Below, in pieces: positions 55,160-64,000 of a stretch of DNA of 64,000 nt. The stretch spans positions 43,237 to 107,236 of the forward strand of contig CAYRSA010000001.1 in assembly GCA_964426845.1 (NCBI GenBank), in the 5' to 3' direction. The DNA is from an uncultured Candidatus Saccharibacteria bacterium. Its GTDB lineage: Bacteria > Patescibacteriota > Saccharimonadia > Saccharimonadales > JAGQNJ01. The position numbers were made by a program, and so were the translations under genes. The notes beneath the pieces are model-generated. The model had not been told where the DNA came from, searched no databases, and saw nothing but the letters and a program-made list of their open reading frames with translations. Each line of letters begins with the position of its first letter. Position 1 is the stretch's first letter.

Positions 55160-56031
55160 GACTTTTTAACCTTTTTAGTCTTCTTCTTGGACTTAAGTTT
55201 GGCCTTGCGCTTTTTCTTGGCCGGCTTAGTTTTATCCTCTTCGCCTGGAATAGCCTTCATCAAGGCCGACACCCCAGCTGCGTCGTCCTCCTCAGTCTTC
55301 CTGGATACAAAGTACATACTACGCTGCAGAATCTGCGGTATATCACCGATTTGGCTCTGCTCGTCGTGGATAATCGCCCCATCGTGCATGTAGACGACGC
55401 GGCTGGCGTACCTAGTCAGGGCCGGGTTGTGGGTGACCATCAACACAGTGTTGCCGGCTTTGTGAATTTCGCTGAGCAACTCCATGACTAAACGCGAGGA
55501 TTCACTGTCTAGATTGCCGGTTGGCTCATCGGCGATTATCAGACTAGGGTTATTGATAAGCGCTCGGGCAATGGCTGCTCGCTGGGCCTCACCACCGGAC
55601 AGCTGGGAAGGGTAGAAATACTCGCGGTCAGCCAAGCCAACCCGGTCTAGGATCTCGCTGGCTCGTTTAGCCCGGCGCACCGGTGTTAAACCCTTGTAGG
55701 CCAGGGGCAAAGCTACGTTTTCCAGAACCGTCAGTTCGGGCAGCAGATTAAAGGATTGAAAGACAAAGCCTACAGTATCACGGCGGATCCGAGCCCGCTG
55801 CCTAGACCGTAGCTTGCCAGTCATGCGGGCGCCCAGCTTGTAATTACCGTGACTTGGTGTGTCCAGCAAGCCAATGACGTTCATAAGAGTGGTCTTGCCG
55901 GAGCCACTAGGGCCCATTATGGCAATGAAGTCGTTCTTCTCGACCACGAAATTAACTTCGTCCAAAGCAATAGTGGCAGCCTCACCAAAGCCATAGAGTT
56001 TGCTTAGTTCCTGAATTTCGATTAACGCCAT
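55156..56031 (-). CDS. ABC transporter ATP-binding protein (MacB/LolD type) with polylysine C-terminal tail
   Basis: 291 aa; [28 protein letters not shown]; last 30 aa [25 protein letters not shown]; ATGA overlap with permease. Confidence 0.9.
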   Translation of the reverse strand: MALIEIQELSKLYGFGEAATIALDEVNFVVEKNDFIAIMGPSGSGKTTLMNVIGLLDTPSHGNYKLGARMTGKLRSRQRARIRRDTVGFVFQSFNLLPELTVLENVALPLAYKGLTPVRRAKRASEILDRVGLADREYFYPSQLSGGEAQRAAIARALINNPSLIIADEPTGNLDSESSRLVMELLSEIHKAGNTVLMVTHNPALTRYASRVVYMHDGAIIHDEQSQIGDIPQILQRSMYFVSRKTEEDDAAGVSALMKAIPGEEDKTKPAKKKRKAKLKSKKKTKKVKKS

Positions 56032-56163
56032 GTTGAGCCCGCCGTATTACCTAGTATTAAAAAGGGTATTTGCCGTGTTGGCAAAAACCCTCCAGTGCCC
56101 CTTACTATACGCCTGGCATAGGTATCATTTCAAGGTAATTTTAAGCTATACTAGTCCAGTCAA

Positions 56164-56255
56164 GGAGAGGTGTCCGAGTGGTTGAAGGAGCACGCTTGGA
56201 AAGCGTGTATGCGCGGCAACGTGTATCGCGGGTTCGAATCCCGCTCTCTCCGCCA
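56164..56255 (+). tRNA. tRNA-Ser (anticodon GGA), long variable arm, CCA encoded
   Basis: 92 nt; acceptor GGAGAGG/TCTCTCC, anticodon stem-loop CACGC-TTGGAAA-GCGTG, T arm GCGGG-TTCGAAT-CCCGC. Confidence 0.9.
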
Positions 56256-56295
56256 TATATTGATATTATTACTATAAAGTTGTATAGTTTAGATA

Positions 56296-57399
56296 ATGAG
56301 TAGTGAATTAGAGCGTAGCTACGATTGGTCGCCCCACCGGGCCGAGTTGGTGGTCGACCATGACTCGTCAGTCGCCACTGTTAATTTCCCAGCCGATCCC
56401 AACGCCGTAGACATTTTGCGCCTGGGTGATTTCTATTTTCACTTCGATGCCGACCGGCTCGGCATCTTATCCAAGATCGAATATCCCTTTAACCCGGACA
56501 GCGCTAGCGCCGCTCCGATCCTGCCTATTGAAGAGAGCCCTGATGGCAAGCTCGGGTCCACCGACCGCCACGTCCACACGGCTATGAAACTAATTGGTGT
56601 CGGTCTTTGGGATGAATTAAGATCAACCGGACTTATTGATAGTCGCAAAGATCTTGACGAGGCCTTTACTGTAGTCGGTCGTGACGGTGCCGAGGCCACC
56701 CGTCTTGAAGTTCACCTGCTGATAAAAGATTCCTTAGGTCGGCTGGTGCCATCTGGCCTTCTGGACGCCGAACTAAGAGGTGCCGTAAAACACCCAAACG
56801 TACACAAACTCCGGCGAAGCCGCATGGTTCGTATCGCCGCGTTTGGCGTGGCGGCCATTGCTTTGGTTGGCCCGGCTTACAGAAGCGGCCAAGCGGTACT
56901 TCGAGCCAACGACCAGATTCTGGCACTGGAAGACGCTAATAATGACCTTCGAAACAGTCTGTCCAATCCCCGAATACTATTGGACGACATTGATGACGGT
57001 GCATTCGCTGTTGGGGATAGGGACTACATGCCTAGTATTCCCAACATGACGGCCACAACTATGCTGGACGAGTTAGATTACGACCCAGCCATATCCGATG
57101 CTGTAGTAGTCATGGCCAGCAGCCCGGGCGATTCCATTGATGAACTCAACCCCTCAGACAAACAACGAGTTAGACGTGACCTCGACGACTTCTTGGACCG
57201 TGCGGCCGTCACCATGAATAACACCGACGATACTATCGATGACCTCACGGCTGAAGAGGGTAAGAAGTTAGTGGATATGTTAGAGCTTGGTAGCCTGGGC
57301 TTAGCCGCCCTGGGAGTTTTCGGCTGGCGTCAGCTGGGTGGACCGAGGCGCTTTGTCCGTAATAAAAGCAAGATCCGTGGCGATCAACTTAGGTGGTAG
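56296..57399 (+). CDS. hypothetical protein (367 aa) with internal and C-terminal TM segments
   Basis: long ORF; TATAGT 7 nt before ATG; no domain recognised. Confidence 0.55.
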   Translation: MSSELERSYDWSPHRAELVVDHDSSVATVNFPADPNAVDILRLGDFYFHFDADRLGILSKIEYPFNPDSASAAPILPIEESPDGKLGSTDRHVHTAMKLIGVGLWDELRSTGLIDSRKDLDEAFTVVGRDGAEATRLEVHLLIKDSLGRLVPSGLLDAELRGAVKHPNVHKLRRSRMVRIAAFGVAAIALVGPAYRSGQAVLRANDQILALEDANNDLRNSLSNPRILLDDIDDGAFAVGDRDYMPSIPNMTATTMLDELDYDPAISDAVVVMASSPGDSIDELNPSDKQRVRRDLDDFLDRAAVTMNNTDDTIDDLTAEEGKKLVDMLELGSLGLAALGVFGWRQLGGPRRFVRNKSKIRGDQLRW

Positions 57400-57403
57400 G
57401 GAA

Positions 57404-58117
57404 TTAGACGATTGTGGTGCCGACCTGGTCGCCTTTGACCACAGCCAGCAGATTACCTTCTTTGAAAGCGTCGAAGACCACGATAGACATGTCATGCTCC
57501 ATAGCCAGGCCTAGAGCCGCCTTGTCCATTACCTTTATCTGAGGATTCTCGATAGCCTTCTGTAGAGTCATAGCCTCCAAGCGCTTTGCATCTTTGTGCT
57601 GAGCCGGATCTTTATCATAGACACCGTCAACTTTCGAAGCTTTCAGCACGACGTCGCAATCCAGCTCCAAGCCAATATTAACGGCTGGCATATCGTGCGT
57701 GAAGTAGGGCCTAGCAATGCCGCCGGCCACAATAACCACTCGGCCTTTTTGCAGATGCTTTTCCGCCAAACGGAAGGAGTAAGATTCAGCTACTTGCTCG
57801 GCAAAAACGTTGCTCAAACAGCGAGTTTTGATACCCTGGGACTCAAATATATCGGTTAGAGCCATTGCGTTAATAAGCCCGGACAGCATTCCCATTTGAT
57901 CAGCTGTAACTCGTTTTATCCCATGCCCAGCCACTTCGGCACCACGCACCATATTGCCGCCACCAGCGATAATAACTATCTGACAACCGGCATCGGTGGT
58001 TTTCTTAATTTCCTTGGCCAGCCAAATGGCAACGTTCGGGTCGATACCAGACTTGAAATCGCCAGCCAGCTGTTCGCCCGACAGCTTTAGAAGAACTCGC
58101 GAATACTTGGTACTCAT
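57404..58117 (-). CDS. pyrH: UMP kinase
   Basis: 237 aa; KYSRVLLKLSGE, GGGN, amino-acid-kinase fold motifs. Confidence 0.95.
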   Translation of the reverse strand: MSTKYSRVLLKLSGEQLAGDFKSGIDPNVAIWLAKEIKKTTDAGCQIVIIAGGGNMVRGAEVAGHGIKRVTADQMGMLSGLINAMALTDIFESQGIKTRCLSNVFAEQVAESYSFRLAEKHLQKGRVVIVAGGIARPYFTHDMPAVNIGLELDCDVVLKASKVDGVYDKDPAQHKDAKRLEAMTLQKAIENPQIKVMDKAALGLAMEHDMSIVVFDAFKEGNLLAVVKGDQVGTTIV

Positions 58118-58146
58118 CTAAGGGGTAAGTCTAGCACAAAATTGAT

Positions 58147-58581
58147 TTATTCAGTAGTGGTTACAGGGGGCAGAATGGTGATTCTGCCATCTTCAACAGT
58201 AACAATATCGTCTTGACTTAAGGCATTGAATTGATTTGGTCCGATTCGTAGGGTGTGGTCTCGGCAGACTTCTTCTTCTGAGGTTCTGGCCACCGGTTGA
58301 CCTTCACAACGCTCGAGTGTGACATACCACTCTGCTGGAAAGCGTTGCCTATGCGAGCCTTGAGTGCAGGCAACTACTGGGAATGCTACCACGCAGTTCT
58401 GAGTATCCGGTACGTAGTCGGTATGAGCTGGGTTATGAATCAAATCAGCTACCCGTGATGGTCTAGTTAGATCCATGGGTTCCGGGACGGGTCGCCTATC
58501 CTCGTTGGCCGGGTCTCCACAGCCGGCTAGCAATAATAGGCTGAGCGCCGTGGGTGCAAATTTTTCAAAAGTTCTATTCAT
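58147..58581 (-). CDS. hypothetical lipoprotein (144 aa)
   Basis: signal peptide with lipobox LLLAGC. Confidence 0.6.
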   Translation of the reverse strand: MNRTFEKFAPTALSLLLLAGCGDPANEDRRPVPEPMDLTRPSRVADLIHNPAHTDYVPDTQNCVVAFPVVACTQGSHRQRFPAEWYVTLERCEGQPVARTSEEEVCRDHTLRIGPNQFNALSQDDIVTVEDGRITILPPVTTTE

Positions 58582-58634
58582 ACTCGATATTATACCACAT
58601 GAGTCAATTTTTGCAACTTTGCTATACTGGTGGC

Positions 58635-59429
58635 ATGAAGTTGTACAGCTGGAACGTCAACGGCATCCGAGCCGTCTGGAACAAGGGCGCTTTTCAGGAA
58701 TTTATCAAGCAGCATGACCCCGACGTCTTGTGCCTACAGGAGACAAAAGCTCAGCCCGATCAATCGCCAGTGGATTTGCCTAACTACGAAGAATACTGGT
58801 TTAGCGCCGTTAAGAAGGGTTATTCCGGCACGGCCATTTTCTCTAAGACAAAACCTCTTGCCGTTATCAACGGCTTTCCTGAAGATATTATCAAGAAGTA
58901 CAAGGTGACAGGGGACGTTTACGGTGACTCCAACGACGAGGGCCGGGTAATGGCCGCGGAGTTCCGAGATTTCTATGTACTGACTGTCTACACACCTAAC
59001 GCCAAAGACGACCTAAGCCGAGTAGGCCTGCGCCACAAGCAGTGGGATCCTGCCTTTTTGGCTTATATCAAGCAATTAGAGAAGAAAAAGCCAGTCCTGG
59101 CCTGCGGTGACCTCAATGTGGCTCATACCGAAGATGACTTAGCCCGGCCCAAGCCTAATGTCGGCAAGAAAGGCTTTACTGACGAGGAAAGGGAAGGCTT
59201 CCAACGCTTTATGGACTCTGGGCTAGTCGACACCTTCCGAATGTTTACCAAGGGCAATGGTCACTACACTTGGTGGTCGCATTTTGCCAAGGCAAGGCAA
59301 CGCAATGTCGGCTGGCGGATCGACTACTGGCTGGCTTCGGCTAAACTCAAGTCCAAAATCAAGTCAGCCCAAATCCACGACGACGTCATGGGTAGCGACC
59401 ACTGCCCGATAAGTATTGAGATTATATAA
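58635..59429 (+). CDS. xth: exodeoxyribonuclease III
   Basis: start set to ATG 58635 (MKLYSWNVNGIRA), 6 nt after TATACT; QETK, GDLNVAH, SDHCP motifs. Confidence 0.92.
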   Translation: MKLYSWNVNGIRAVWNKGAFQEFIKQHDPDVLCLQETKAQPDQSPVDLPNYEEYWFSAVKKGYSGTAIFSKTKPLAVINGFPEDIIKKYKVTGDVYGDSNDEGRVMAAEFRDFYVLTVYTPNAKDDLSRVGLRHKQWDPAFLAYIKQLEKKKPVLACGDLNVAHTEDDLARPKPNVGKKGFTDEEREGFQRFMDSGLVDTFRMFTKGNGHYTWWSHFAKARQRNVGWRIDYWLASAKLKSKIKSAQIHDDVMGSDHCPISIEII

Positions 59430-60142
59430 TGGGCAAGCAGTTTGCTGTCTTCGACATAGACGGCACCCTGATTCGCTGGCAGCTTTACCACGCCGTCGTC
59501 GACCGCTTGGCCAAAAAGGGGTTACTTGGCACGGAGGCCTATGAGGCTATCCATGAGGCCCGCATGGTTTGGAAAAATCGCGAGTTTCCAGAGGCTTTTC
59601 GCGCATACGAACTAGAGGTTATCAAAGCTTACGAGTCAGCCCTACCCAAGCTAAGTGTGGCTGACTTTCAAACCATCGCTGGCGAGATTGCTGAGGAGTA
59701 TTCGTCACAGGTCTACAGTTACACCCGAGATCTGGCCAAACGCCTTAAAAAAGAGGGCTATGTATTGCTGGCTATCTCTGGCTCGCACCAGGAACTGGTT
59801 GAGCATGTCGGCCGACAGTACGGCTTCGATGATTGCCTGGGCACCCAGTATCTACAAAGCCATGGGCGTTTCACTGGCGAACAAATATTTGTAGCCGACG
59901 ACAAACGAGCAGCTCTCAACAAACTTATCAAAAAACGCAGTCTCAGCCTCAAGGGCAGCTATGCCGTCGGTGACAGCAAAAGTGATGCCCCCATGCTGGC
60001 GATGGTAGATAATCCGGTGGCTTTCAATCCGGACCGCAACCTGTTCGATATAGCCCAGAAATCTGGCTGGCCCATAGTTATCGAGCGCAAAAATGTCGTC
60101 TACCAACTCGATAAGCGATCCGGCAAGTATCAGTTACAATAG
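59429..60142 (+). CDS. HAD-superfamily hydrolase (subfamily IB, SerB-like)
   Basis: 237 aa; FDIDGTLI, ISGS, GDSKSDAPM motifs. Confidence 0.8.
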   Translation: MGKQFAVFDIDGTLIRWQLYHAVVDRLAKKGLLGTEAYEAIHEARMVWKNREFPEAFRAYELEVIKAYESALPKLSVADFQTIAGEIAEEYSSQVYSYTRDLAKRLKKEGYVLLAISGSHQELVEHVGRQYGFDDCLGTQYLQSHGRFTGEQIFVADDKRAALNKLIKKRSLSLKGSYAVGDSKSDAPMLAMVDNPVAFNPDRNLFDIAQKSGWPIVIERKNVVYQLDKRSGKYQLQ

Positions 60143-60146
60143 AGTT

Positions 60147-60929
60147 ATGGATTTTTGGCAAAAACAGGCAAGCGAACCACTCTTTCCAGATCTGTTATGG
60201 AGCCGACCCGAAAATAAGCGTACTGCCGGTAAACTGTTAATCATTGGTGGCAATCTGCACAATTTCAGCGCTCCGGGTGCGGCTTATCAGACGGCTGTGG
60301 AGGCAGGAGTAGGCACAGCTCGAGTCCTCTTGCCTGAGGGCCTGCGCAAAACCATTGGCGCCGTCCTGGATAATTGTGAATTTGCGCCCATGAATAAAAG
60401 TGGTAGCTTCTCAAAACTAGCACTTGATGAGTGGCTAGAAAACGCCGCTTGGGCTGACGGAGTCTTGCTGTCTGGTGACCTGGGTCGCAACTCCGAGACG
60501 GCCATTGTCACCGAGCAGTTTATCAAGAAATACTCTGGTCAGTTGACCATCACCCAGGACGCCCTGGACCAATTCCGAGACAACCCCAAGGAGCTATTTA
60601 GCCGGCCCAACACTACCAACATAGCCAGCTTTGGCCAGTTGCAGAAAATGTGGCCCTTCGTCACCGCCGACGACCGAGTCATCAAGTATGGTAATTCCTT
60701 GACTCAGAATCTCGACATCCTGCACGCCACAGCCAAGAATCTGCCGATCAATCTAATAACCAAGCAGCACGACGACTTAATTGTCTTAGCTGACGGCAAG
60801 ATTAGCACTACCAAGAGCACCGAAGAAGTTTGGCGGGTAGACACCGCCGCCAAGGTCGCTGTCTGGTGGTTGCAAAATCCGATCAAACCTTTCGAAGCCC
60901 TGACCACTGCCGTGGCTAAATTCAAGTAA
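60147..60929 (+). CDS. YjeF_C/carbohydrate-kinase-like protein (degenerate NAD(P)HX dehydratase homolog?)
   Basis: start set to ATG 60147; GKLLIIGGN and GVLLSGDLGRNSETA resemble, but do not match, the GPGLG motif; weak call. Confidence 0.4.
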   Translation: MDFWQKQASEPLFPDLLWSRPENKRTAGKLLIIGGNLHNFSAPGAAYQTAVEAGVGTARVLLPEGLRKTIGAVLDNCEFAPMNKSGSFSKLALDEWLENAAWADGVLLSGDLGRNSETAIVTEQFIKKYSGQLTITQDALDQFRDNPKELFSRPNTTNIASFGQLQKMWPFVTADDRVIKYGNSLTQNLDILHATAKNLPINLITKQHDDLIVLADGKISTTKSTEEVWRVDTAAKVAVWWLQNPIKPFEALTTAVAKFK

Positions 60930-61006
60930 ACTGCGATCTTATCGCAGAATGCGATTTATGTCACACAGTCTGGCAATCCGGAGTTGGCTTGATTATAGTT
61001 ATGGTT

Positions 61007-62023
61007 ATGGCAGGCCCAGAATCGACAGTACGCCCCATTGCGATTTATCGAAACTACGGCGATACTCCACCTGACTTTGAAACCCTTTTGCCACTTTACG
61101 AACGCCAGCTTCACATCATCGAACCAATTGTCCCGACTGATTTACTTGAATTTCCCATCCTAGAACCACCACCTAACCTAGGAGGTGGTGTATCAAGGGA
61201 TTTATTACTTGGCGACTTATGTCGTGACTTGGCCGATGCTCGAAGGGAGCAAAGAGACCAGTGGCTAGGCCGAGCCAAAAGTCATCTTAGAGATGCCAGA
61301 GATGTTGGTAAGATATGGGTAGAGAGAGGCCCGAGAAGACGCACCGATGATCTCCACCAAAATGTTGCCGCGGCAGCAGTCCGCCTTATCGACACTCCTA
61401 CTTGGGAAGCAGCACTGGCCGGGAAACCGGTCAGTTTTGATTATGAGGCAATTATCAAGGCGTGTGCCAAAGTCTACCAATTTGTAGACCACAGGGCGAG
61501 TGGGGTAGAAGATGCCATGGCCGAAGCCCTGCCAATGATAGCCGTAGCCCACCAAGGGGCGGGGTCTGGGCGCCATGCTTTGTATCGAGAAGACCAGCAG
61601 AATGCACTTCATTCTGTAGAGCAACGGCGAGACGCTCAAGAGCCACCGCCTTATCTTCGACGCCGAAATCCTCGATGGGATTGCAGTCTGACCCGCTCCA
61701 CGCATCCAGATGACTTAGTGACGCCACCTCGCCGTATACAAGTCAAACGGCTCAATTTTCGCCCCGGAACTAACGCCTCGGCCAATGCCTACCTAAACGG
61801 GAACGTATTGCCGGTATGCACTGCTAATTTTGGCTGGGCCTCCCCAAGAGCTGTAATTGCCAGTTGTGCTATAGCTTTAGGCCTGGAGAATCCTAGATTG
61901 CTAGAAGGTTTGGACCGGAGTAGTATCATGAGTCCTTCGCAACTGGAGGACAGTTTCGGTAACGCTATGCACTATTTGCTCGATGCTTCGATCGAAGAAG
62001 TGGCAGAAGCTGTTAATCAATAG
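61007..62023 (+). CDS. hypothetical protein (~338 aa)
   Basis: ORF track starts at TTG 60989; ATG 61007 is 7 nt after TATAGT; no domain recognised. Confidence 0.5.
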   Translation: MAGPESTVRPIAIYRNYGDTPPDFETLLPLYERQLHIIEPIVPTDLLEFPILEPPPNLGGGVSRDLLLGDLCRDLADARREQRDQWLGRAKSHLRDARDVGKIWVERGPRRRTDDLHQNVAAAAVRLIDTPTWEAALAGKPVSFDYEAIIKACAKVYQFVDHRASGVEDAMAEALPMIAVAHQGAGSGRHALYREDQQNALHSVEQRRDAQEPPPYLRRRNPRWDCSLTRSTHPDDLVTPPRRIQVKRLNFRPGTNASANAYLNGNVLPVCTANFGWASPRAVIASCAIALGLENPRLLEGLDRSSIMSPSQLEDSFGNAMHYLLDASIEEVAEAVNQ

Positions 62024-62026
62024 GTG

Positions 62027-62111
62027 TGGTGCCGGAGGAGGGACTCGAACCCTCAATCCCGAAGGAACACGATTTTGAGTCGTGCGCGTATACCAATTCC
62101 GCCACTCCGGC
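62027..62111 (-). tRNA. tRNA-Leu (anticodon CAA), CCA encoded
   Basis: 85 nt; acceptor GCCGGAG/CTCCGGC, anticodon stem-loop CACGA-CTCAAAA-TCGTG, long variable arm, T arm GAGGG-TTCGAGT-CCCTC. Confidence 0.9.
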
Positions 62112-62185
62112 ATGCGTCAAATTGTACTACATTTACCCCAAGAGATGATATACTTTTATCTGTTAGACAAGCATAAGTTATACCT

Positions 62186-63307
62186 ATGAGCAGTAACGAC
62201 CATGACAACCTAGAGCCGGCGGTTAATATTGCCCGCGCCAAGCTGGCCAAGCTATACGCCGAAGAGCCCAACGCCAAGGAGGAGATTGTTGAGGCTAGTA
62301 CGGCCACACACCGCTCCAAGCACCAGCGCTATATGCACTCCTTAAGCACTTCTGGGAAATCTCTGGCCGAGATTCAAACGGCTTGGCACAGTTATTACGT
62401 CGGCCTATCCGATAAGGAAAAGCACGATGTTTGGCAGGAGTTCTACGCCGCTCATGATAAAACTAATATCCCACCGGCGCAGGCACCCCAAGCTCAACAT
62501 CCAGTTGCCGATGTACCCAAAAAGCCGGCCAAGCCTCAGTCGGTGGCCGCCGTCAAGCAAAGGATTGTCCGATCTGCCAACTCTGGCCGCAAACCCTCCA
62601 GGAAACAGCACCTCCACTCCATGTTCTTTGGCCTGGGTATGGGTGCGTTAGTCATGTTAGTGCTGCTGTTTGGCTTCTTCAATGAGCGCTTTGTAGCGCC
62701 GTTTATTACTCCAAGTCGAGCCGTAAGTTCAACACCAATAATTGTCGATCCTAACTCCACGGTGGCCGGACCGGAGTCTGAAATCATCATTCCCAAGATT
62801 AATGTTGAAATCCCAGTTGTTTACGACGTCGGCACTACCGAAGCTGATATCCAAAACGCCCTCGAGAGGGGAGTCGTCCACTATTCCAGCACGCCCAACC
62901 CCGGGCAAAAGGGCAACTCGGTGATTGTCGGCCACTCCAGCAACAACATTTTCAACCAGGGTAAGTATAAGTTTGCTTTCGTTTTACTGAATAAGTTGGA
63001 AGTAGGTGACATCTTCTACTTAACCAAGGATGGCGTCCGCTATGCCTACAAGATTTACGAGAAGAAGGTTGTACCGCCGTCGGATGTCTCGGTCTTAGGC
63101 CCCAATGATAAGCCGGCCACGGCTACACTCATCACTTGCGATCCGCCGGGCACCTCTATCAACCGCTTAATCGTGGTTGGCGAGCAAATCAGCCCCGACC
63201 CCAACAACAACACCGCCAGTACAGCTAGTCCGGCTGCCGGCGAAACCAGCACTGTGCCTGGTAATGCTCAGTCCCTGTGGAACCGCATCACAGACCTAAT
63301 TTTCTAG
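62186..63307 (+). CDS. sortase-family transpeptidase with long N-terminal extension
   Basis: 373 aa; TM at ~aa 150-170; catalytic VIVGHS and TLITCDP (TLxTC) motifs. Confidence 0.85.
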   Translation: MSSNDHDNLEPAVNIARAKLAKLYAEEPNAKEEIVEASTATHRSKHQRYMHSLSTSGKSLAEIQTAWHSYYVGLSDKEKHDVWQEFYAAHDKTNIPPAQAPQAQHPVADVPKKPAKPQSVAAVKQRIVRSANSGRKPSRKQHLHSMFFGLGMGALVMLVLLFGFFNERFVAPFITPSRAVSSTPIIVDPNSTVAGPESEIIIPKINVEIPVVYDVGTTEADIQNALERGVVHYSSTPNPGQKGNSVIVGHSSNNIFNQGKYKFAFVLLNKLEVGDIFYLTKDGVRYAYKIYEKKVVPPSDVSVLGPNDKPATATLITCDPPGTSINRLIVVGEQISPDPNNNTASTASPAAGETSTVPGNAQSLWNRITDLIF

Positions 63308-63334
63308 CCCGCTCTCACTTCGCTCAAATCTCGA

Positions 63335-63352
63335 TGTAGCATATATGCTACA
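63335..63352. other. perfect 18-bp palindrome between convergent genes
   Basis: TGTAGCATATATGCTACA; no flanking T-tract, so terminator function is uncertain. Confidence 0.4.
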
Positions 63353-63376
63353 GAGCAGGTAAGGACACCGGGCATT

Positions 63377-64000
63377 CTATTGAACGCGCATTGAGGTATT
63401 GGTCAAGGATTGACCTGAAGTGGCCGGCGCCAGGGTGTTGAGCTGCTCAAAGTTGTCATCAAACATTGGCTGGGTGCCAGGCACAATAGGATTCAAGGTC
63501 TGCTGGTTGGTGCCGTCGAAGTCAATAATCAAAACTTTACCCTCGGTCGAGCCCATCAGGCGGTGGCCGTCCATCCAACGCACAGCGCTGGGGTCATCAA
63601 AATTGGGGTTGACCGTATACTTATATTGGCGGTCTTTTTCAGAGTCGTAGACCGCGAAATTAGAGCCGTTCTGAACAGCAATAAAGCGGCTGGTTGCCGA
63701 GAAGCTTACGCGAGTCGGGTGGTCTAGGCGAATAGTCCTGATGGTAGGCGTGGTGTTATTGACGCTTTGCAAGGCCAGCACCGGATCGCGGTAGACATAG
63801 GCTTCATTAGCCGTCGAACTACCAACCACTACATACCAGCGGTTACTGTATTGAGCCAGGTCCAAGACATAGGTCTCGCCAGCCGGCAGTTCGCGCACCA
63901 AGTAATCTTTGTTGTCTTGCCGAACCATGGCTCGGACTTTAGCCGGATCGGTGGCTCCGGCCGATGTGACATATAAGATATTGTCGTCACCATGCGCTTT
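63377..64000 (-). CDS. partial CDS (C-terminal part; N-terminus beyond right edge): beta-propeller-like hypothetical protein
   Basis: the frame stays open from 63928 to 64000 (24 codons, no stop), so the ORF-track ATG 63928 is probably internal. Confidence 0.55.
   Translation of the reverse strand, partial: KAHGDDNILYVTSAGATDPAKVRAMVRQDNKDYLVRELPAGETYVLDLAQYSNRWYVVVGSSTANEAYVYRDPVLALQSVNNTTPTIRTIRLDHPTRVSFSATSRFIAVQNGSNFAVYDSEKDRQYKYTVNPNFDDPSAVRWMDGHRLMGSTEGKVLIIDFDGTNQQTLNPIVPGTQPMFDDNFEQLNTLAPATSGQSLTNTSMRVQ

Overview
The window looks like a small-genome, Gram-positive-like bacterium. The gene content (sortase, F-type ATPase, many tiny ORFs, very compact spacing) fits a Patescibacteria/Saccharibacteria-type organism, but that placement is inference and cannot be verified without a database search. 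All three tRNA genes encode their CCA end.

The housekeeping backbone comprises two two-component systems, a UvrD-type helicase-nuclease, an aquaporin, the F1Fo ATP synthase operon, smpB, pyrH, xth, cfa, a sortase and ABC transporters. Four regions are not explained by ordinary annotation:

1. Cassette array, 24.8-32.2 kb. Ten single-gene cassettes on the + strand start at the 3' end of tRNA-Asn(GTT). Each is delimited by a composite repeat that reiterates the 17-nt tRNA-end junction GGGAGCCAAGCATAAGC. Nearly every cassette carries its own terminator hairpin and a -10 box placed 6 nt before the start codon (the first cassette has no hairpin and cassette 3 has no clear one). This is integron-like, but the core is tRNA-derived, the cassettes are self-promoted, and no recombinase is visible in the 64 kb. 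Divergence among the repeats is concentrated at third positions of one minus-strand reading frame.
2. ATP synthase operon. Five extra small ORFs (77-115 aa) are interleaved between atpA/atpG, atpG/atpD and atpD/atpC. Every junction is overlapping or separated by at most 3 nt (TAATG, ATGA, TAAATG).
3. Pro/Arg-rich mini-genes, 52583-52989 (-). Three tandem genes of 41-42 aa, missed by the ORF track, share a PSRPxRP(IGR) motif. They sit between two ABC transporters, behind a TTGACA-N18-TATTAT promoter.
4. Shared repeat module. An SF2 helicase (895 aa) and a 611-aa protein carry 7 and 5 tandem copies of the same ~60-65-aa module (consensus APEGY.S...IA...G.S.......I..LGEELGE...Y.......YSPEQ). They converge on a secreted-lipase gene.

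Many genes across the window start exactly 6-8 nt after a TANNNT box, which suggests leaderless transcripts. Others, such as the atp genes, have clear Shine-Dalgarno sites. All functional calls rest on motif recognition by eye; no searches were run.
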